Positions 32,564 through 37,116 of a stretch of 37,116 nucleotides of DNA are shown here, in pieces (position 1 is the first letter of the stretch; every line of letters starts with the position of its first letter). The position numbers were made by a program, and so were the translations under genes. The DNA comes from a bacterium. Its GTDB lineage: Bacteria > Hydrothermota > Tepidihabitantia > Tepidihabitantales > Tepidihabitantaceae. The DNA lies in contig JAWOIB010000068.1 of the NCBI GenBank assembly GCA_046484845.1, positions 1 through 37,116 of the forward strand, read 5' to 3'. The notes under the pieces were generated by a model, which saw only the letters and a program-made list of their open reading frames with translations, made no database searches and had not been told where the DNA came from.

Positions 32564-34786
32564 CTAGCGCTGGACCACCAGCTTCTGCGTCGGCGCGCTG
32601 CTGCCCTCGAGCCGGACCAGGTAGGTCCCGGCCGCCAGCCCGCTGATGTCCAGCCGGGTGCTGCCGGTCCGGGCCTGGCCTAGTTCCAGCCGGCGGACCG
32701 ACCTGCCCGCCGCGTCGTACACCAGCGCCCGCGCCGGCTGCGAGCCGACCAGCGACCAGTTCAGCCGGACGCTCGGACCGGTCGCCGGGGTCGGCCCGAC
32801 GCTCAGCCGCTCCGCGCCCAGCCGTCCGGGCATCGCCTGACCGCCGCCCGGCACCCAGCCCTCCGGGGCGAGCCGGTAGCGCCAGAACTCCACCGATCGG
32901 TTGCCCTTCAGCGCGTAGAACGCGCGCGCCCTCGGGTAGGCCACGAAATCGCCGCCGTCCTTCACCAGCTTCTTCCGCTCGGAACTGCCCAGGGCGGGTA
33001 TCGGGTCCGACTCCTGCCAGGCGTTACGGCCCGGGTCGTAGCGGAAGTACTGCTGCGAGTTGCCGCCCTTCAGCGACCAGATGCCGCCGTCGAACCAGCC
33101 CGCCCCGGCGCCGTCCTTCGCCTTCCGGCCGGTCAGCCGGTTGCCGTGCCGGCCCAGCAAGGGCAGGCCGTTACGGGCGACCTGCTCCCAGCTCCCGGCC
33201 CGGACGTCGAACAGCCATAACTCGTGGTGCGGCTCCGGGGTGTTGCGGACGTACCGCGGCTTGTGGGCGTAGATGGTGCCCATGCCGTCGTAAACCAGCC
33301 AGGAGCCCTTGTCCCACCGCGCCTTCACCCCGGCCGGCGCGAACGGCAGCTCCTGCCAGTTCCCGGCCGCCACGTCGAAGCGGTAGAACTCGCCGTCGCG
33401 GGCCTTGAGCAGGTACACATAGCCCTGCCCGTCAACCTCGACGTAGACCATGTTGCTGCCGCCCCGGACGCGCCGGCGGGCGGGACCCGACGGGACGTCG
33501 GGCAGGACTTCCCAGGCGTTCTCGCTGATACTATACCGCCAGAATCCCAGCGAGTTATTGCCCTGCAGCGCGTAGACGTAGTCGCGGTTGTCGCTCACGC
33601 CCTGCGCGCCATCCTGCGGGGCCCGGCGGCCCCAGCGCAGGTGTTCCTGGTAAGGCATCCCGGCCAGCTGCTGCCAGCGGTCGGTCACCGGGTCGAAACC
33701 GTAGAAATCGTTCGTCTTGTTACCCTTGGCGCCGTAGACCAGACCGTTGCCCTCGTTCACCGCCAGCCAACCGCCGCGCCGGACCGGCTGGTACGACGGG
33801 GCCTGGGGCAACTGCCGCACCTCTTCCCAGCCGTAGCGCTCGTAGCCGCGCGGCACCGGGTTCACCCGGAACCAGCCGACCGCCTCGTCATTGTCCGGGT
33901 TCACGTCACCATCCGCGTTGACGCGGGCGACCACGCTCCAGTCGCCCTCCAGCCCGATGAACGTCAGCCCGGGCAGGGCGATGGTCTCGTCGCTGCCGAC
34001 CTCCATCCCGTCGAGCTCGACCACCTCGGAATAGACCACGTCCGGGGTCGCGTCCCGGATGACCAGCGAAACCGAGTACGGCACGCTCACGTCGCCCAGG
34101 TTCCGGATTACCACCTCCGGAATCACCCCCGACCCGGCCGCGTGCTCGCCGGCCGGGGAGTTTATCGCCACCAGCGCCAGGTCGGGCTGGTTGACGGGCG
34201 GGATGGAATAGCGCACCCGCAGGTATGGCTTGAACGGTCCCTGGTAGCCGCGCGCGTTCAACTGCGTCCGACCGTCATCGTACTTGTACAGCCCGAACGC
34301 CACCCAACCCTGCGCAATCGCGGCTGCGACCGCCTGCCGGCCCTGGGAATCCAGTCGCCGCTCGACCCAGCCGGTACCGTGCGGCACGTCGTTGCTGACG
34401 ATCATTCCGCCGACGATTTCCTGCCAGAGCTGGTCGGCCGGCGCGGTCACCGGGTCGCTCGCCAGCGCGGTCACGTAATTGGCCGGGCGCGGGTTGCTGA
34501 GCTGGAACACGTGGTAATGGAGATACGCTTCCTCGACCACCGCCCCGACCGGCAGACCGTCCAGGTCGAACTTCAACCACGAGTTCCAGTTCAGGCTGCC
34601 GGATATGGAACTCACCAGCAGCTCGGAATTATGCTTGGAGTATTCTCCCGCCTCGGCCTTCACCCTGCCCGACCAGTACTCCTCATGCAGGGGATAGAAA
34701 TCCTGTTCGACGCCGGCTACTGCCGGGCCTGCTGTCACCAGGCCCAGGACCAGCATCACTGAAAACAACTTAGCAAGCCCTGACAT
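32564..34786 (-). CDS. T9SS-sorted multidomain secreted protein (lectin/DNRLRE-like N-domain, CARDB-like domain, Kelch-like beta-propeller, Por C-terminal tail)
   Basis: Signal peptide MSGLAKLFSVMLVLGLVTAGPAVAG. WLKFDLDGLPVGAVVEEAYLHYHV. PDLALVAINSP...VIRNLGDVSVPYSV. Repeated propeller-like blades with recurrent W/Y/G motifs (e.g. DFYGFDPVTDRWQQL, EFYRFDVAAGNWQEL, YFRYDPGRNAWQE). Tail GTYLVRLEGSSAPTQKLVVQR. ATG 34786 is preceded by SD GGGAGG; the ORF-track start 34810 is less likely. Confidence 0.8.
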   Translation of the reverse strand: MSGLAKLFSVMLVLGLVTAGPAVAGVEQDFYPLHEEYWSGRVKAEAGEYSKHNSELLVSSISGSLNWNSWLKFDLDGLPVGAVVEEAYLHYHVFQLSNPRPANYVTALASDPVTAPADQLWQEIVGGMIVSNDVPHGTGWVERRLDSQGRQAVAAAIAQGWVAFGLYKYDDGRTQLNARGYQGPFKPYLRVRYSIPPVNQPDLALVAINSPAGEHAAGSGVIPEVVIRNLGDVSVPYSVSLVIRDATPDVVYSEVVELDGMEVGSDETIALPGLTFIGLEGDWSVVARVNADGDVNPDNDEAVGWFRVNPVPRGYERYGWEEVRQLPQAPSYQPVRRGGWLAVNEGNGLVYGAKGNKTNDFYGFDPVTDRWQQLAGMPYQEHLRWGRRAPQDGAQGVSDNRDYVYALQGNNSLGFWRYSISENAWEVLPDVPSGPARRRVRGGSNMVYVEVDGQGYVYLLKARDGEFYRFDVAAGNWQELPFAPAGVKARWDKGSWLVYDGMGTIYAHKPRYVRNTPEPHHELWLFDVRAGSWEQVARNGLPLLGRHGNRLTGRKAKDGAGAGWFDGGIWSLKGGNSQQYFRYDPGRNAWQESDPIPALGSSERKKLVKDGGDFVAYPRARAFYALKGNRSVEFWRYRLAPEGWVPGGGQAMPGRLGAERLSVGPTPATGPSVRLNWSLVGSQPARALVYDAAGRSVRRLELGQARTGSTRLDISGLAAGTYLVRLEGSSAPTQKLVVQR

Positions 34787-34905
34787 TGTAACCTCCCTCG
34801 AAACATCCACTTGGAAGAATCCAGGTTTTCAAATCTTTCGTTCCTCGGACTGCGCCAGCTTATTCGGCCATCTACTAAGACCCGCTGTCCGTCGGGAGGA
34901 TTCCT

Positions 34906-34928
34906 AAAAAGTTAGATATACCTAACTT
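34906..34928 (-). terminator. Weak AT-rich hairpin plus T-run at the end of ECF operon B
   Basis: Minus strand: AAGTTAG-GTATAT-CTAACTT followed by TTT. The right arm overlaps the TAA stop at 34927-34929. Confidence 0.3.
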
Positions 34929-35331
34929 ATCGGAGGACCTGCTCGAGGCGCATCATCTCCCGCCAGCTCTCTTCGTAGCGTCGGCGCAGCCCGGCGCTTT
35001 CGACCAGCGGGAGTTCCCGTACCGAACGGTACATGACCCGGAAGAGCCCGCGCTCGATCTCGCCGGCCTCCTCCGCCAGGCGGTCGAACTCCTCAGGACC
35101 GGCCGCCGGGTCAAGCCGGGCAAGCCCGAGCGCCAGGTCGTTCACGACCCGCAGGTCCTGGAGCGAATCGAGCTGGCGCTGGGCTTCGGGGGTGACCGCC
35201 CACAGGCGGGTGCGGTGCCAGCCCGGGCCGGACACCTTCGGCCACAGCCTGGGCAGGGCATAAGCCCCGGCCGCGACCGCGTTCCCGAGCAGGGAAACGG
35301 CGAGCAGGATGTACTGCCAGTGGCGTCTCAT
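34927..35331 (-). CDS. Membrane-anchored helical hypothetical protein (ECF module B, gene 4)
   Basis: N-terminal TM (WQYILLAVSLLGNAVAAGAYAL) followed by a helical charged region. ATGA overlap with the upstream gene. Confidence 0.6.
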   Translation of the reverse strand: MRRHWQYILLAVSLLGNAVAAGAYALPRLWPKVSGPGWHRTRLWAVTPEAQRQLDSLQDLRVVNDLALGLARLDPAAGPEEFDRLAEEAGEIERGLFRVMYRSVRELPLVESAGLRRRYEESWREMMRLEQVLR

Positions 35332-35792
35332 CTCCCCTCCTTGTTTGCGGGCCAGCGCCGGGCGACTTCCGCCCGCGCGGAGTCGAGACTCGCCCGGGTC
35401 GCGACTGCCCTGCGCGTCCGCTCCTCCGGCCCTATGTCGAACTCTGGTGACCTGACGAAATCAACGCTCAACCGCGTCCAGCGCCGCCGGTGTTCCGCCA
35501 GCCGGACCAGCGCCTGTTCGACTTCAGCCGAGTCCGGTTCATCGGCCAGCGCCAGCCGGCCAAGGGCAGGTCGCGCGTCCCCGAACTCCTCCCGCAGTGC
35601 CCGCAATTGCCGGTCGAATTCGTCCATCCTCTGCTCGGCGCGTTTGTAGGATGCCCGGTCAGGATAGTACCGGCGCCAGTGCCGTTCCCGTTCGACTGAC
35701 CGGCGCACCGCGTTCACACCCATCATCCCGAGCACCCCAGCGTTGGCGCCCAGCGACAGCACCAGCACCGCCTTCAGGAACCTGCTCTTCAT
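35328..35792 (-). CDS. Membrane-anchored helical hypothetical protein (ECF module B, gene 3; counterpart of 24995..25516)
   Basis: N-terminal TM (AVLVLSLGANAGVLGMMGV) followed by Arg/Glu-rich helices. ATGA overlap with the anti-sigma stop. Confidence 0.6.
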   Translation of the reverse strand: MKSRFLKAVLVLSLGANAGVLGMMGVNAVRRSVERERHWRRYYPDRASYKRAEQRMDEFDRQLRALREEFGDARPALGRLALADEPDSAEVEQALVRLAEHRRRWTRLSVDFVRSPEFDIGPEERTRRAVATRASLDSARAEVARRWPANKEGR

Positions 35793-36223
35793 AACCCCTC
35801 CCCCGGCCGTGATCCATCAAGGACCCGCATCATCGGCGTGATATGGTCCGTGTCATCCGGCACCGGCCTGCTGATGGCGTTGCCTGCCAGCGCCCCGATT
35901 GTCATCCCGGCCGCGAACAGCACCAGCGCGACCACCCGCCACAGCATCCGCACCGGTGTGGATTGTGGCTCTTCGTGCCGGTTTCCCGGTCGGAACCGGA
36001 CACCGGCCATCACCCGGCCGTCCAGCCCGGCCGGGACGGCTGGCATCGGGTCGTCCCGGAGCCATCCGGTTTCGGCCCGGAGCAGTTCCAGTTCGCGGCG
36101 ACAGTCGTCACAGCCCGCGACGTGGGCGTCCACCCGAGCGGCCCGGTCCGGGGCAAGCGTCCCGTCGGCCCGGGCGATCAGCAGCGGTCCGGCTTCTCGA
36201 CATTCCTTCGTCATCTTCGACAT
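35789..36223 (-). CDS. Anti-sigma factor, zf-HC2 type (module B)
   Basis: AHVAGCDDCRR (Hx3Cx2C) and a TM (MLWRVVALVLFAAGMTIGALAG). ATG 36223 is preceded by SD GGGAGG; the ORF-track start 36244 is less likely. Confidence 0.8.
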   Translation of the reverse strand: MSKMTKECREAGPLLIARADGTLAPDRAARVDAHVAGCDDCRRELELLRAETGWLRDDPMPAVPAGLDGRVMAGVRFRPGNRHEEPQSTPVRMLWRVVALVLFAAGMTIGALAGNAISRPVPDDTDHITPMMRVLDGSRPGEGL

Positions 36224-36257
36224 GGACACCTCCCGGGCGGGCAACTATCGCCCGGAC

Positions 36258-36821
36258 TCACAACAACCCCTCTTCCCGGGCCGACGCCAGTTCCCGGCGC
36301 AATGCCAGCCGGCCGCGGTAAAGCAGGGCGTTCACCGACGACGACGTCTTCCCCAGCGCGCGGGCGATCTCCTCGTGGCTCATCTCCTCCCACACTGACA
36401 GCACCAGCGCCGACCGCTGGTCCGGGGGAAGCGCAGCGAGCGCGGCGTTGATGCGTTCGGATCGGGTCTGCCGGCGGTGACGCTCCTCCGGTTCGCAGGC
36501 GGCCGCGGCCGGGAGCGTATCGGGCAGCGGCTCCAGCGGCCGGGCCCGGGTCAGCCGGTTCACGCACAAGTTGTGGGCGATACGGAAGAGCCAGGTTCGG
36601 AAGCTCGCCGCGCCGCGGAACCCGACCAGCCCGCGCCAGGCGTGGATGAACGCCCGCTGGGCCAGCTCCTCGGCCTCGGCCGGGTTGCGGGTCATCCGCC
36701 AGAGATACCCGAACAGCCGGTCCTGGTGTCTCAGCACCAGCGCCTCGAAGGCCGGGAGGTCACCGGCCCGGGCCCGCTCAACCAGCGGTCGGTCGTCGTC
36801 CGGCTGTCCTGACATACTCAT
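36258..36821 (-). CDS. ECF-type RNA polymerase sigma factor (module B)
   Basis: FRTWLFRIAHNLCVNR and LPPDQRSALVLSVWEEMSHEEIARALGKTSSSVNALLYRGRLALR. 47/70 residues identical to sigma A across region 2 by hand alignment. Confidence 0.9.
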   Translation of the reverse strand: MSMSGQPDDDRPLVERARAGDLPAFEALVLRHQDRLFGYLWRMTRNPAEAEELAQRAFIHAWRGLVGFRGAASFRTWLFRIAHNLCVNRLTRARPLEPLPDTLPAAAACEPEERHRRQTRSERINAALAALPPDQRSALVLSVWEEMSHEEIARALGKTSSSVNALLYRGRLALRRELASAREEGLL

Positions 36822-36838
36822 ATTGACCCGCTCGCGAC

Positions 36839-36867
36839 AATATACTATCGCGGCAGCGGCCTGTCAC
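36839..36867 (-). promoter_or_regulatory. Possible promoter of ECF operon B
   Basis: Minus strand: GTGACA (36867-36862), a 17-nt spacer, TATATT (36844-36839). ATG 36821 lies about 10 nt from the predicted TSS. Confidence 0.3.
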
Positions 36868-36877
36868 CTCGCCCCGC

Positions 36878-37116
36878 TTGACCGGCAGGCCTGCCCGGCT
36901 ATCCTCGGCCGTGGTGATTCTCTGCCTGCTCCTCTCCGGCGGCATCATCATCACCGAGGTGATGTCCAACCCGGCCGGCGGCCACGGCACCGGGTACCCG
37001 GAGGACCGCAACGAATTCGTGGAGCTGTTCAACGCCGGCGCCGAGGCGGTGGACCTCCACGACTGGACCCTGGACGACGGCGATGCGGTCAGCCGCATCA
37101 TTGCCTGGACCGATTC
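36878..37116 (+). CDS. Lamin-tail-domain (LTD) protein, 5' fragment running off the window
   Basis: Open frame from 36827 to the window end, absent from the ORF track because it has no stop. AVVILCLLLSGGIIITEVMSNPAGGHGTGYPEDRNEFVELFNAGAEAVDLHDWTLDDGD matches the LTD pattern (EVM.NP...EFVEL.N.....DL.GW.L.D). The start is TTG 36878 or GTG 36911/36914. Confidence 0.65.
   Translation, partial: MTGRPARLSSAVVILCLLLSGGIIITEVMSNPAGGHGTGYPEDRNEFVELFNAGAEAVDLHDWTLDDGDAVSRIIAWTD

Noticed and set aside
36778-37101. The 107-aa minus-strand ORF at the right edge.
   Set aside because: It is antisense to the open LTD-domain frame, which has a recognisable domain signature. Its own translation is Ser/Arg/Pro-rich with no motif.

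Overview
This is a 37.1-kb, roughly 70% GC, densely coding bacterial fragment. ECF sigma factors, FtsY, SMC and proteins ending in T9SS/Por-type C-terminal sorting domains point to an uncultivated T9SS-bearing (FCB-type) bacterium. It looks like a whole metagenomic contig: the left end is a fold-back artefact and the right end cuts a gene. Left to right: (1) tkt (partial) and tal on the minus strand. (2) The alpha-glucan cluster glgB-GH57-malQ on the plus strand. (3) A 2.3-kb low-GC islet (about 50-55% in hand-counted blocks) with two secreted proteins of unknown function, bracketed by 94-bp direct repeats and preceded by a TTGACA-(AG)10-TATTAT promoter-like element. (4) A minus-strand secreted-protein operon: VIT/vWA protein, beta-propeller-like protein, M23 peptidase with a T9SS tail. 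(5) A histidine phosphatase. (6) A 1.24-kb gene-less gap holding a 17-unit degenerate 12-bp tandem repeat. (7) A PP-loop enzyme, smc and ftsY. (8) A PKD plus PQQ-like lipoprotein. (9) ECF module A: flavodoxin-like protein, sigma, zf-HC2 anti-sigma, membrane-anchored helical protein, and a Cys/His/Met-rich Spy/CpxP-like protein. (10) A DMT transporter, an FmdE-domain protein and Hsp20. (11) Convergent archaeal-type gatD/gatE. (12) A 740-aa T9SS cargo protein. (13) ECF module B, a paralogous four-gene set. (14) The start of a lamin-tail-domain protein. I recognised no rRNA, tRNA, CRISPR, transposase or integrase. The most noteworthy observations are the repeat-bracketed islet with a microsatellite promoter spacer (a candidate phase-variable secreted locus), archaeal GatDE in a bacterial context, the 12-bp repeat array, and the duplicated ECF envelope/metal-stress modules. 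All calls rest on reading the sequence and the ORF translations by eye; no database search was run.
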